From the IMG/VR virus record IMGVR_UViG_3300009103_000017, positions 1 through 64,000 of that record: a stretch of DNA of 64,000 nucleotides; one strand, given 5' to 3'. The notes beneath the pieces are model-generated. The model had not been told where the DNA came from. It saw only the letters and a list, made by a program, of their open reading frames with translations, and ran no database searches. Positions 42,004 through 50,465 of this stretch are shown here, piece after piece. The translations under genes were made by a program, and so were the position numbers. Source of the stretch: a virus. The stretch's first letter is position 1, and every line of letters starts with the position of its first letter.

Positions 42004-42228
42004 ATGGCTTTGGAAGTAGGTGATCTTGTCGCATGTTATATCACAAATAGTGAAGAATACGAGTCGCTTATGAGTTGGGGCGTAGTTCTTGATATCAATC
42101 CTGCCGTCGAGGATGTGCTTGTGGTTGATAATGCGGGTCACACCCGCTGGTGGCCAGCAAAACGTTGGCGAATACTAAATAGAAAAAAACCTAATAATTT
42201 TCTTGACTTACCAGTCAAAACAGTGTAA
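42004..42228 (+). CDS. SH3/KOW-like small protein
   Basis: LEVGDLV...WGVVLD. Confidence 0.55.
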   Translation: MALEVGDLVACYITNSEEYESLMSWGVVLDINPAVEDVLVVDNAGHTRWWPAKRWRILNRKKPNNFLDLPVKTV

Positions 42229-42231
42229 TAT
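42203..42231 (+). promoter_or_regulatory. early-type sigma70 promoter (may drive the tRNAs and the array)
   Basis: TTGACT-17-TAATAT. Confidence 0.65.
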
Positions 42232-42259
42232 AGTTATATAACAATAAGAAAGGCTTTTC

Positions 42260-42634
42260 ATGGGCTACAGATCTCAAGTCTGCATCGGAATGACAGATGA
42301 TGCAATGAGACTTTTTAGAACAATACTGGACCACCTCCCGGAATCACAAGGGGTTCATTCCTTAATAAAAGATGCACAAACTTCCCGTGCTTATCACCCA
42401 TGGGGAGATCAACACAAGGACCCAGAGAAGGACTGCGAAGATAAATTATATTGGGATTCTATCAAGTGGTATGAGGACTATGATGACATAGACTTCATTG
42501 AGACTTTCCTATCGGATTGTATCCCCGAAGAAGACTATAGGTTGGTTCGCGTCGGGGAAGAAAGTAGCGACGTTGAAGAGCGCGGCGACTATTGGGACTC
42601 TGAAATCTTCGTTGAGAGGAACATCTCATGGTAG
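42260..42634 (+). CDS. hypothetical phage protein
   Basis: MGYRSQV...IKWY...VRVGEE pattern. Confidence 0.7.
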   Translation: MGYRSQVCIGMTDDAMRLFRTILDHLPESQGVHSLIKDAQTSRAYHPWGDQHKDPEKDCEDKLYWDSIKWYEDYDDIDFIETFLSDCIPEEDYRLVRVGEESSDVEERGDYWDSEIFVERNISW

Positions 42635-42951
42635 CTCAGGGTAAGCTGGTTAAGGAGGATTGCAGCGTTGAGTCTAAAGCACGCATGGGTACAATCGTGA
42701 AGGTTACGGATATTGTGCTGCACAAGTCTTCGCAATGGAAGCAAGAAGTGGATCGTTGGCTATCCTACAATAGCAACAATGGTAACAAAGAACCGGACCT
42801 GAATATGTGTCATGTTATTCGCCCAGGCAAAGTGGTAAGCGTCCGATGGCAAGATGACCCAACGAAGTTAACTGTTCATGTGTTCTACGATGACGCTGGG
42901 CCCTGCTCTTTCTATAGTTATGGCAGCAATTCTGTAGAGATTGTGAATTAG
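42628..42951 (+). CDS. hypothetical protein (SH3-like)
   Basis: GKLV...MGTIVKV...VRW...VEIVN. Confidence 0.5.
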   Translation: MVAQGKLVKEDCSVESKARMGTIVKVTDIVLHKSSQWKQEVDRWLSYNSNNGNKEPDLNMCHVIRPGKVVSVRWQDDPTKLTVHVFYDDAGPCSFYSYGSNSVEIVN

Positions 42952-43122
42952 TCGCTGTTTGTGGCACCGGTATTATAAATTTATTTAAAAGGAGAAGAGA
43001 TGTTATCTTGTGGAGATTTGAGTGATTTTTTGTGGCTGCTTGATCATGGGTACCAAACTGTTTGGCCAACCGAGATGATTAACCTTTGGTATCAGTGTAT
43101 GATGCTTGCTTAGGATTTGAAG

Positions 43123-43345
43123 ATGAAGATAGGTGATTTGGTTAAGCTTTCTGCGTATGGAAAGCGGCGTAAAAGGGCTGGATGGATCGAGAAAGATGAC
43201 ATAGGTCTCATTGTTAAGTTGATAAAGTACAAGGGCGGAACCGGCTGGCCAGACGATTATGAAGTTCGCTGGGTCAAGAGTGACTGGGCAAACACCCCTA
43301 GACGCTGGACACACGAACGCCACAACACCAGAAGAGACTTGGCGT

Positions 43346-43356
<11 letters not shown>
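43123..43356 (+). CDS. SH3/KOW-like protein, paralog of 47658
   Basis: MKIGDLVKLSAYG...GLIVK...YEVRW. Confidence 0.65.
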
Positions 43357-43642
<286 letters not shown>

Positions 43643-43647
43643 CATAT

Positions 43648-43721
<74 letters not shown>

Positions 43722-43729
43722 CAGTATGA

Positions 43730-43813
43730 GGCTGGGTGGTTGGAACTGGTATACACAGCAGACTTAAAATCTGCCGGTCTTAGACCTTGCGGGTTCGAGT
43801 CCCGCCCCAGCTA
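43730..43813 (+). tRNA. tRNA-Leu(TAA)
   Basis: GGCTGGG/CCCAGCT acceptor; GCAGA-CTTAAAA-TCTGC; long variable arm; GGTTCGAGTCC. Confidence 0.9.
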
Positions 43814-43827
43814 TAAAGGATATATAT

Positions 43828-43992
43828 ATGAAAGTCGGTGACTTGGTTAGAACACCCCGATACGGAACATGTTATATTATTGTGGGAAGGAGGCGAGATC
43901 TTCGTGATGCGTTTCTTGTCTACTCTCTTGATGGAAAGATAAGACAAACATTGAACAAACACCTATTGGAGGTTATCAGTGAAAGTCGGTGA
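43828..43992 (+). CDS. array unit, 54 aa (MKVGDLVRTP...LEVISESR)
   Basis: Hand-translated; below the track length cutoff. Confidence 0.75.
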   Translation: MKVGDLVRTPRYGTCYIIVGRRRDLRDAFLVYSLDGKIRQTLNKHLLEVISESR

Positions 43993-44146
43993 CTTGGTGA
44001 AGAACAAGAGGTCAGACTGGCGAGGAATTGTTCTTAAAATTAAGAATCAACGGCATACCGTCCCGCATATTTTGATTCTTGATACAGAGAGCAGCATTTA
44101 TTGGGAGTGGATGAGCGAATACGAGGTTATCAGTGAAAGTCGGTGA
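43979..44146 (+). CDS. array unit, 55 aa (MKVGDLVKNK...YEVISESR)
   Basis: Hand-translated; GTG start, GGAGGT RBS. Confidence 0.75.
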   Translation: MKVGDLVKNKRSDWRGIVLKIKNQRHTVPHILILDTESSIYWEWMSEYEVISESR

Positions 44147-44303
44147 CTTGGTGAGATTCAAACACCCTGACTTTCAAGAATCGTATGGCGCAGGATTGGT
44201 ATCGGGGTTCTGCGAAGAGCACTTTTCAGTCATTGCCTTCTTCGTGGACGAACTTATTCACGCAACCGAAGATGAACTGGAGGTCATCAGTGAAGGTCGG
44301 TGA
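44133..44303 (+). CDS. array unit, 56 aa (MKVGDLVRFK...LEVISEGR)
   Basis: Hand-translated. Confidence 0.75.
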   Translation: MKVGDLVRFKHPDFQESYGAGLVSGFCEEHFSVIAFFVDELIHATEDELEVISEGR

Positions 44304-44481
44304 CTTGGTGAGACATTACGACGGCGACAAAGGCATTGTAATAGGGTATGCCCCATCGAGCAACTATCCGTATAGGGTGTGGTTTTTTACTAGCAGTAGA
44401 AGTCCTGATTTTCACCATATGTTGCCACAAGCAGATTGGTTTGTAAAGAGCGTGTTTAGGGTTATCAGTGAAAGTCGGTGA
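44290..44481 (+). CDS. array unit, 63 aa (MKVGDLVRHY...FRVISESR)
   Basis: GTG in the repeat preferred over the track start 44185. Confidence 0.75.
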   Translation: MKVGDLVRHYDGDKGIVIGYAPSSNYPYRVWFFTSSRSPDFHHMLPQADWFVKSVFRVISESR

Positions 44482-44653
44482 CGTAATAAAAGTAAGTTCA
44501 GTTCTGGATGGTGTCCATCCGGTTGGAATTGTAATGAAGGTTGTCGAGGAGTCAGAAGACCAGCCTCGCCACATGATGTGTCTTTACCTCGATGGCGACT
44601 ATGAGCCGCTAAATTACGACACGGATTTCGAGGTTATCAGTGAAAGTCGGTGA
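44468..44653 (+). CDS. array unit, 61 aa
   Basis: MKVGDVI...FEVISESR. Confidence 0.78.
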   Translation: MKVGDVIKVSSVLDGVHPVGIVMKVVEESEDQPRHMMCLYLDGDYEPLNYDTDFEVISESR

Positions 44654-44840
44654 CTTGATAAGGTTATCTCGCGGTGTTGGCAATCACTTTGAGTTGAAAA
44701 GTTATGTTGCCACCTTAGTCAAGAAGCTGCCAAGAGATGATTCTTATGAATACGACTGGCTCGTTATGACAGACGGCAGATATATTGCACTAGGCAGACA
44801 AATAGAACAAAACGCGAGGATTCTCAGTGAAAGTCGGTGA
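44640..44840 (+). CDS. array unit, 66 aa
   Basis: MKVGDLI...RILSESR. Confidence 0.78.
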   Translation: MKVGDLIRLSRGVGNHFELKSYVATLVKKLPRDDSYEYDWLVMTDGRYIALGRQIEQNARILSESR

Positions 44841-45039
44841 TTTGGTGAGGCTACCAAAAGATGATCACTATTGGTGGGGCAGCAAGGTGGGCCTTGTAAC
44901 TGCTCTAGAGGATAATCATTTAAATCCTGAACTGAGTACTCTCAGAATCATGGTTGCCGTTCCCAGTCCAGAATACAGCTATGTTATGTTTGGTGCTAAT
45001 TTTGTGGAGTTAGTAAGTGAAAGTCGGCGATCTCGTTAG
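44827..45039 (+). CDS. array unit, 70 aa
   Basis: MKVGDLV...ELVSESRRSR; junction TGA changed to CGA. Confidence 0.78.
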   Translation: MKVGDLVRLPKDDHYWWGSKVGLVTALEDNHLNPELSTLRIMVAVPSPEYSYVMFGANFVELVSESRRSR

Positions 45040-45220
45040 GTGGACGGAAATTGAACAAGTTTATCATATTGCGTGTGCTATCGGGTTTGAAGATCTTGTC
45101 GAAGTCCGCCAACGTGGCGTGATTCTCGACAAGAATCCAAAATATTTCTTTGTATTTTGGGAGAACGGAGATTACCGGGCACAGCCCAGCTCTGATTTGG
45201 AGGTTATAAGTGAAGCTTAA
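45017..45220 (+). CDS. array unit, 67 aa
   Basis: MKVGDLV...LEVISEA. Confidence 0.78.
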   Translation: MKVGDLVRWTEIEQVYHIACAIGFEDLVEVRQRGVILDKNPKYFFVFWENGDYRAQPSSDLEVISEA

Positions 45221-45437
45221 CCCAGGGGATAGTCTTTATTATGAGCCACACTCTGCCTTTGCGGTGTTAATTGAGAGGTTTCCGGATGACCAGGGAAATT
45301 ATCGTTGGAGTTACGCGCTTCGCAGTCCCAGATCGCGCGATAACCCAAAGATAGTGGTGGCCATCCGAGAGGACTGTGAGACAAAACTTTTAGGGGCCGT
45401 GGAATCGGGAGAACTAGTGCATTATGAAAGTCGGTGA
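45210..45437 (+). CDS. array unit, 75 aa (divergent)
   Basis: MKLNPGD...ELVHYESR. Confidence 0.7.
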   Translation: MKLNPGDSLYYEPHSAFAVLIERFPDDQGNYRWSYALRSPRSRDNPKIVVAIREDCETKLLGAVESGELVHYESR

Positions 45438-45624
45438 TTTAGTGTTTGTAGACGGCTATGAGGTGGGTATTGTTTTGTCAGAGCCTAGGCTCTCGGAAGA
45501 TTGCTTACCGGGCGGCGAAGCTTACCCATACGAACACTATTACCTCGTTGATGTGTTAACTCAGAGCGGCGACCTGGATTGTTTTGAACCAGAGGACTTG
45601 GAGCTTGTCGGTGAAGCAAGGTGA
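45424..45624 (+). CDS. array unit, 66 aa
   Basis: MKVGDLV...LELVGEAR. Confidence 0.78.
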   Translation: MKVGDLVFVDGYEVGIVLSEPRLSEDCLPGGEAYPYEHYYLVDVLTQSGDLDCFEPEDLELVGEAR

Positions 45625-45868
45625 CCTCATAAGATATAGACTGGATCTTTGGAAGGCGAAGGCCAAGTGTATGGTGAGTAAAAGAATCTTTATTGTGCGC
45701 TGGGTTGAAGAAGAGAACGACTGGGTTTGCGTGTATGGCGTCGAGCCGCCAATACAAATGAGGATGATGGAGATCGTAAGTGAAAGTCGGTGTTTGCTAA
45801 ATGGAGAGACAAAAGGTAACCACTTAGAGTCAAGTGGAGTAAGTTTGTCACAGGACAAAAAAGAATGA
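45611..45868 (+). CDS. array unit that reads through a mutated junction
   Basis: MKQGDLI...MEIVSESR, then continues because TGA became TGT. Confidence 0.65.
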   Translation: MKQGDLIRYRLDLWKAKAKCMVSKRIFIVRWVEEENDWVCVYGVEPPIQMRMMEIVSESRCLLNGETKGNHLESSGVSLSQDKKE

Positions 45869-46056
45869 AAGTCGGTGACTTTGTGAGAGACAATCACCCA
45901 ACTCGTTCTAGTATCAACAAGGTTGGTGTAATACTAGAACGAACGCGCCTAGGCACATCGTGCTTAAACAAGTGCTTCAAGATCCTGTGGTGCAACGGCA
46001 CCATTGGAAACAACGTGTGGGACTATGACCTGAAGGTAATCAATGAAAGTCGGTGA
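45865..46056 (+). CDS. array unit, 63 aa
   Basis: MKVGDFV...LKVINESR. Confidence 0.78.
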   Translation: MKVGDFVRDNHPTRSSINKVGVILERTRLGTSCLNKCFKILWCNGTIGNNVWDYDLKVINESR

Positions 46057-46243
46057 CTTGGTAAGAACGCAGACCGGCTTTCGGACTCACGGCTTTGTGG
46101 TGGCTGTTGGGTATTCGCAAGAATATACGTGTGTGACCCAAAGCCCGGACTTACATCCTGATCTTTGGGTCATCAACGCTCGTAATGGTGAGAAAGAGAG
46201 ATGGTCATCCTATTATGTGGAGGTAATCAGTGAAAGTCGGTGA
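46043..46243 (+). CDS. array unit, 66 aa
   Basis: MKVGDLV...VEVISESR. Confidence 0.78.
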   Translation: MKVGDLVRTQTGFRTHGFVVAVGYSQEYTCVTQSPDLHPDLWVINARNGEKERWSSYYVEVISESR

Positions 46244-46406
46244 TTTGGTTCGATATTGTATCCCCAGTGGGGGCCGCACACCCATCGGGCTGGTGGTTGA
46301 AACTGACCACGACATAAATCCTAAGTTACCGTACAAGGTCCGATGGACAGACCACACAAGCTCAGAGAGAGACTGGTATGGGAAACGTGAATTGGTGAAA
46401 TTGTGA
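46230..46406 (+). CDS. array unit, 58 aa (MKVGDLVRYC...RELVKL)
   Basis: Hand-translated. Confidence 0.72.
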   Translation: MKVGDLVRYCIPSGGRTPIGLVVETDHDINPKLPYKVRWTDHTSSERDWYGKRELVKL

Positions 46407-46615
46407 ATCCCGGAGATCTGATCATGGTTAACGGAGGATTTCATGCTTTGGTGACGGATGTGGAGATGCTTTATCCTGGCAACCCACACTCTCCACCGAG
46501 GACACTCAGCGTTATTTGGGTGAATGGTTCCCCGGCTTGGGCGTTTGGCCCCAAGAGAGAAAAGATTGACGCAATGACAGTAGTAAGGATCTATAGGAAA
46601 GAAAGGAGGAAATGA
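46403..46615 (+). CDS. SH3/KOW-like small protein
   Basis: MNPGDLIMV...ALVTDV...VIW; GTGA overlap. Confidence 0.65.
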   Translation: MNPGDLIMVNGGFHALVTDVEMLYPGNPHSPPRTLSVIWVNGSPAWAFGPKREKIDAMTVVRIYRKERRK

Positions 46616-46731
46616 TGGAGTTTCTAGCGACAGTTTTAGCCATTGCTTGTGGTTTGTTTGTTGGGCAAATCGTTATCGACTGGTGGCGACAAGAGTGAGA
46701 CATCAGTGTCTCACAAAAAAGAAAAATATCC

Positions 46732-46760
46732 TTGACTTACAACATTAAGTATGATATTCT
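46732..46760 (+). promoter_or_regulatory. early-type sigma70 promoter
   Basis: TTGACT-17-TATTCT then ATATATACAC; preceded by the hairpin GTGAGACA-TCAG-TGTCTCAC. Confidence 0.65.
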
Positions 46761-46791
46761 ATATATACACTGAGAAATTAAGGAGAGTTTT

Positions 46792-47106
46792 GTGTCCGGT
46801 GTCTATGAGTCTGAGTTTATATCCGCGAAAAAGAATTTAAATCGTCAAGGTACGAAGGTATTGCACGACATTGCGAACGCTTATGAGACAGGCATCTTCG
46901 ATGATCCGAAATCATCGGCGATGTTTTGCTCGCTGCTTGCGTGCATTTGTGAAGGAAAGGTGCAGGGAGTCTTTGACGAAGAGTCTGGTAATATCAAGTG
47001 GTCACTGACTTCTGAGTATTCCGCAGAACTCGAAGCCCTTCGAGAAGCAATGATACAATCAGGTCTCGCATCCGGGAATGTAGTGCAGGGTCCATGGACC
47101 CAGTGA
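46792..47106 (+). CDS. hypothetical protein
   Basis: AAGGAG RBS with a GTG start. Confidence 0.6.
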   Translation: MSGVYESEFISAKKNLNRQGTKVLHDIANAYETGIFDDPKSSAMFCSLLACICEGKVQGVFDEESGNIKWSLTSEYSAELEALREAMIQSGLASGNVVQGPWTQ

Positions 47107-47336
47107 AGGGCCCTGTCTTTACCACCGGCGTTCTGGTGCACTTCGTTGACACGAGGAAAACTCAGTACGATTCTCTTGGCATGGTGAGAAAAATCATCAA
47201 TGGTGCACCCAACACATTATATGAGGTGGAGTGGTATGACGTCGATGACGTGGGAATCGAGACATACACTAGAGAAGACTTGGAGCTAGTGCATGAAGAT
47301 TGGCGATTTAGTTCAAAAGCGTATGGGCAGGATTGA
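47094..47336 (+). CDS. SH3-like small protein
   Basis: FTTGVLV...LGMVRK...YEVEW...EDLELV. Confidence 0.6.
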   Translation: MDPVKGPVFTTGVLVHFVDTRKTQYDSLGMVRKIINGAPNTLYEVEWYDVDDVGIETYTREDLELVHEDWRFSSKAYGQD

Positions 47337-47505
47337 TCCATACCAGCAGGGAACTATTGGGGTTGTTGTGGGCAAAGAGAGAGAGGATCGAGGATTTAAC
47401 CCAGCGTTTTATGGCTATTGGCTTGTGGTTTTGTATGTTGGTTCCGGCCGACCTGCTTACAGGTATAGACCAAGTGAGTTTGAGGTGATCAGTGAAAGTC
47501 GGTGA
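47293..47505 (+). CDS. array unit, 70 aa
   Basis: MKIGDLV...FEVISESR. Confidence 0.78.
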   Translation: MKIGDLVQKRMGRIDPYQQGTIGVVVGKEREDRGFNPAFYGYWLVVLYVGSGRPAYRYRPSEFEVISESR

Positions 47506-47671
47506 TCTGGTGAGATTAAGACAGAAGCGTAACCGAGCCGGCCCAACGGGTATCATCGTAAAGACCCTGTTGTTCTATCCTGGCGTACGCGCCAAGCACC
47601 TAGTCCTTGTTGGCGATAGTTGTTATAAACTCTGCGCTTCAGATTTGGAGGTTATAGGTGAAAGTCGGTGA
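47492..47671 (+). CDS. array unit, 59 aa (MKVGDLVRLR...LEVIGESR)
   Basis: Hand-translated. Confidence 0.75.
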   Translation: MKVGDLVRLRQKRNRAGPTGIIVKTLLFYPGVRAKHLVLVGDSCYKLCASDLEVIGESR

Positions 47672-47888
47672 TTTGGTAAAATTATCAGCGTATGGTGAAG
47701 CGCGCCAGTATAATGCTTGGTTGGTGGCCAGCGGTGAGCGCAGCAATGTGGGTTTGATAATAAAAGTGAACAAGAATTATAATTATCCTTATGTTGTTAG
47801 GTGGGCGGATACCCACGGGATTAGAACAGTGAATGGTTTTGGAGGCCCCACCCATTCACGACTGGAGTTGAAATATGCACATCGGTGA
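47658..47888 (+). CDS. array unit, 76 aa, paralog of 43123
   Basis: MKVGDLVKLSAYG...LKYAHR. Confidence 0.78.
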   Translation: MKVGDLVKLSAYGEARQYNAWLVASGERSNVGLIIKVNKNYNYPYVVRWADTHGIRTVNGFGGPTHSRLELKYAHR

Positions 47889-48051
47889 TCTGGTGATACT
47901 CCGCCCCCATTGTCGCGACTCCAGCCGGCAAGCGTTAGTCGTCGATGAATTGGCGCATTGTCCCCGCCATGTAGAAATTAAATTCCTAGATAATGGAGAG
48001 AGAACATTGGCATCAAAGAATAATCTGGATGTTATCAGTGAAAATCGGTGA
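47875..48051 (+). CDS. array unit, 58 aa (MHIGDLVILR...LDVISENR)
   Basis: Hand-translated. Confidence 0.72.
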   Translation: MHIGDLVILRPHCRDSSRQALVVDELAHCPRHVEIKFLDNGERTLASKNNLDVISENR

Positions 48052-48238
48052 TTTAGTTAGAATGCGATCTCGCTCATTAGAGGGAATATATGGCTTCGGG
48101 ATTATTGTTAGGCAACTTCGCAGCACTGCAGAAAGTCCAGGGGCCCCAGCATTCCAAGTTTTTTGGTCCAAGTATGGATTGGGCCGCCGCGTTGCTGCTC
48201 ATAGTTTGGAGAAAGTAAGTGAATTTAAAGAGGGGTGA
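48038..48238 (+). CDS. array unit, 66 aa (MKIGDLVRMR...LEKVSEFKEG)
   Basis: GTG in the repeat preferred over the track start 47993. Confidence 0.72.
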   Translation: MKIGDLVRMRSRSLEGIYGFGIIVRQLRSTAESPGAPAFQVFWSKYGLGRRVAAHSLEKVSEFKEG

Positions 48239-48404
48239 TCAAGTAAGGATCACGAACAAAAACAACATCGAGGGTGAGATCGTGGGGTTCTACGCCCATA
48301 CAATGGATGCGGTAGTTAAGACGAAGACAGGGAACGAGTGGATCGTTAGTCCTGTACATTTAGAATTGGTGGAAAACAAGTGGTGGAAAAGGAAGATAAG
48401 ATGA
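48219..48404 (+). CDS. SH3/KOW-like small protein (last array unit)
   Basis: LKRGDQVRI...GEIVG...HLELV. Confidence 0.68.
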   Translation: MNLKRGDQVRITNKNNIEGEIVGFYAHTMDAVVKTKTGNEWIVSPVHLELVENKWWKRKIR

Positions 48405-48550
48405 TTTATCATTTGACATATAGGATCAACAAGGGCCCAAAACAACACATTTACGCAATTAAGAAGATTTGCCAAAAAAAGAAAAAAGATCTTCTTAAAG
48501 AGTATGGTGATAAAATCAAATTTTCTCGTATAGAGAGGGCCTAAGTCGAT

Positions 48551-48623
48551 GGAGCACTGGCGCAAATGGTAGCGCATCGGACTTTTAATCCGCTGGTTCC
48601 GAGTTCGAGTCTCGGGTGCTCCA
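48551..48623 (+). tRNA. tRNA-Lys(TTT)
   Basis: GGAGCAC/GTGCTCC acceptor; CGGA-CTTTTAA-TCCG; CCGAG-TTCGAGT-CTCGG. Confidence 0.9.
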
Positions 48624-48630
48624 CAAAAGG

Positions 48631-49281
48631 ATGGTTTTAATGAAAAATAAAATAAACGTGCCAGTTCGTGATGGGGATGATGGATACTATGGGAGAGTTT
48701 TTGAATCTTCCTACGGTGTTGTAGAGAATAACAAGAGTTCCGTTGATTGCCCCTCTCTGGAATTGGAATTAAAGACAAAGAAAAGAAAATCAAATGCGAG
48801 AACGACACTTTTTTGCATGGAGCCTAAGTGGGGGTCTAGTTCGGTAATTCCGAACCTTGCAACGGCTCTAGCTCTGTTTAAGAACAGCACTGGGCGATTG
48901 AATACGTGTATTTCGACCACCGATAGGAACAATCTCAATCTTCAGTTAAAGTTGGTGGGATCACAGTTGTGGCTGAACTACGGAAGTCACGCTATTTGTT
49001 ATTGGAACCTGCCCTCTCTTTTAGAGAGGGCAGAAAGCAAGTTGAAAAATCTGCTGCTGTGTGAACATGACGGCTCCATCGACGAGACCAATAGCTTGGT
49101 GGAATTTAGTTCTTTTGACAAAAGTGGATTTGTTGATCTGTTGGCAAGAGGAAAACTGGTAGTGGAATTTAGACTGAAAGAAAGCGGGACATCGTCCCCT
49201 CGTAACCGTGGTACGGCCTTCCGCATGTTATCTAAATATATCACAGATCTGTATTCGACGTCGAAGGTGTTCAAGAAATGA
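48631..49281 (+). CDS. MvaI/BcnI-family restriction endonuclease-like protein
   Basis: GYYGRVFESSYGVVENN...D...ELKT...TLF and C-terminal RNRGTAFR; start moved off the tRNA (ATG 48631 or 48640). Confidence 0.65.
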   Translation: MVLMKNKINVPVRDGDDGYYGRVFESSYGVVENNKSSVDCPSLELELKTKKRKSNARTTLFCMEPKWGSSSVIPNLATALALFKNSTGRLNTCISTTDRNNLNLQLKLVGSQLWLNYGSHAICYWNLPSLLERAESKLKNLLLCEHDGSIDETNSLVEFSSFDKSGFVDLLARGKLVVEFRLKESGTSSPRNRGTAFRMLSKYITDLYSTSKVFKK

Positions 49282-50057
49282 AAGAAGAATTTGAACTAGG
49301 AACAGTCTATTTGGGAGATTGCAACGAAATACTTCAAAGTCTGGACAAGAACAGTGCTGAGGTCTGCGTAACTTCTCCTCCTTACAATTTGTGCAAGAGA
49401 TATTCAAATTACAAGAACTCAAAAACATCTCAGTCAATGACGGAGAAATATGATAGATGGTACTTCGATGAAATGCCCGAGTGGGAATATCAAGGTTGGC
49501 AGCAGTCTGTTATTCATTCTTTGATCAGGGTTTGTAATAGTAGTATATTTTACAATCACAAGGTGCGATTTGCTTGGCATAACAGGAATATTTTTAGGTC
49601 GGAAAGCAACTTACATCATCCTATGGATTGGTTACACAAATTTCCAATTTGGTGCGAGATCATATGGGATAGATGTGGAATCGGCAATCCTTCTAGGCGA
49701 TATCACACACAGGAGGAGAGAGTATATCAGATTGGGAAGCCAAAGAAGTGGAGCAACGAAATGGGTTTGACTAATATATGGAAAATTCCGCCATCTCGCA
49801 ACGACGGCCATGTATGTACTTTCCCAGCTAAGTTGGTTGAGAACTGCATTCTTCCCACCACATCGACTGGTGACATAATTATTGATCCATTTTTGGGGTC
49901 AGGCACCACAGCCACCGTTGCTGTTACCCATGGTCGCAGATTTATTGGGATTGAAAAAGATCAAAAATATTTTGATTTAGCTTGCAGAAACATCGAAGCC
50001 GCAATTAAAGCTAGTTCATCGCGAGACGTTAATTTTGTAGCCCTAACAGAAACATAA
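49278..50057 (+). CDS. beta-class N4-C/N6-A DNA methyltransferase
   Basis: GDC, TSPPY, H..TFP..LV, DPFLGSGTT, IGIE. Confidence 0.9.
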   Translation: MKEEFELGTVYLGDCNEILQSLDKNSAEVCVTSPPYNLCKRYSNYKNSKTSQSMTEKYDRWYFDEMPEWEYQGWQQSVIHSLIRVCNSSIFYNHKVRFAWHNRNIFRSESNLHHPMDWLHKFPIWCEIIWDRCGIGNPSRRYHTQEERVYQIGKPKKWSNEMGLTNIWKIPPSRNDGHVCTFPAKLVENCILPTTSTGDIIIDPFLGSGTTATVAVTHGRRFIGIEKDQKYFDLACRNIEAAIKASSSRDVNFVALTET

Positions 50058-50060
50058 ACC

Positions 50061-50303
50061 ATGAGGAAAGAAATGAGTAATTTTACCAATGCCAGCGCGC
50101 GACGACTGGCACGTCAGCTTTTTGACTTAGAGCAGAAGAAAAGAAAAGATATATTAGATGCGCTAGATTCAGATTTCAGAGCACAGGTGCTGGAAGCAAT
50201 GGCTATATTGAACAGCGATATGCCACTAGAAAAGAGAGACACGGCCCCGATGAGGCCAATCCCACCACTTTATCCTGGTCATCACGACAACGAAGAATAC
50301 TGA
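50061..50303 (+). CDS. hypothetical protein
   Basis: 80-aa ORF. Confidence 0.5.
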   Translation: MRKEMSNFTNASARRLARQLFDLEQKKRKDILDALDSDFRAQVLEAMAILNSDMPLEKRDTAPMRPIPPLYPGHHDNEEY

Positions 50304-50405
50304 TGCTGGGATTGATTTTTTCAACAATCGGCTGGATCGCGGTGGTTATGTTTATATCATACCTTATAGAGGGATGAGATACCAAGATTTTACATCAGAT
50401 TTTTC

Positions 50406-50434
50406 TTGACATAAGCATAAAAATCTGATAATGT
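50406..50434 (+). promoter_or_regulatory. early-type sigma70 promoter
   Basis: TTGACA-17-TAATGT then ATATATACACACAATGAAGAAAGG. Confidence 0.7.
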
Positions 50435-50465
50435 ATATATACACACAATGAAGAAAGGCATATTT

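Larger units (their letters stand above)
43828..48238 (+). repeat. ~30-bp direct repeat (consensus GAGGTTATCAGTGAAAGTCGGTGACTTGGT) at gene junctions, about 20 copies spaced mostly 150-220 bp
   Basis: Start codons in the repeat copies at 43828, 43979, 44133, 44290, 44468, 44640, 44827, 45017, 45424, 45780, 45865, 46043, 46230, 47492, 47658 and 48038; degenerate copies at 45210, 45611, 47293, 47875 and 48219. Confidence 0.92.

Noticed and set aside
43828-48238. CRISPR array interpretation of the 30-bp repeats
   Set aside because: The spacers are mostly 120-190 bp, variable in length and all open reading frames. The repeats are degenerate and non-palindromic, and there are no cas genes in the window.
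43828-48238. Classical integron or diversity-generating retroelement
   Set aside because: No attC-like inverted repeats, no tyrosine integrase or reverse transcriptase in the window, and no template/variable pair differing only at adenines.
48616-48630. Track start of the endonuclease ORF
   Set aside because: The GTG lies inside tRNA-Lys; ATG 48631 or 48640 is more plausible.
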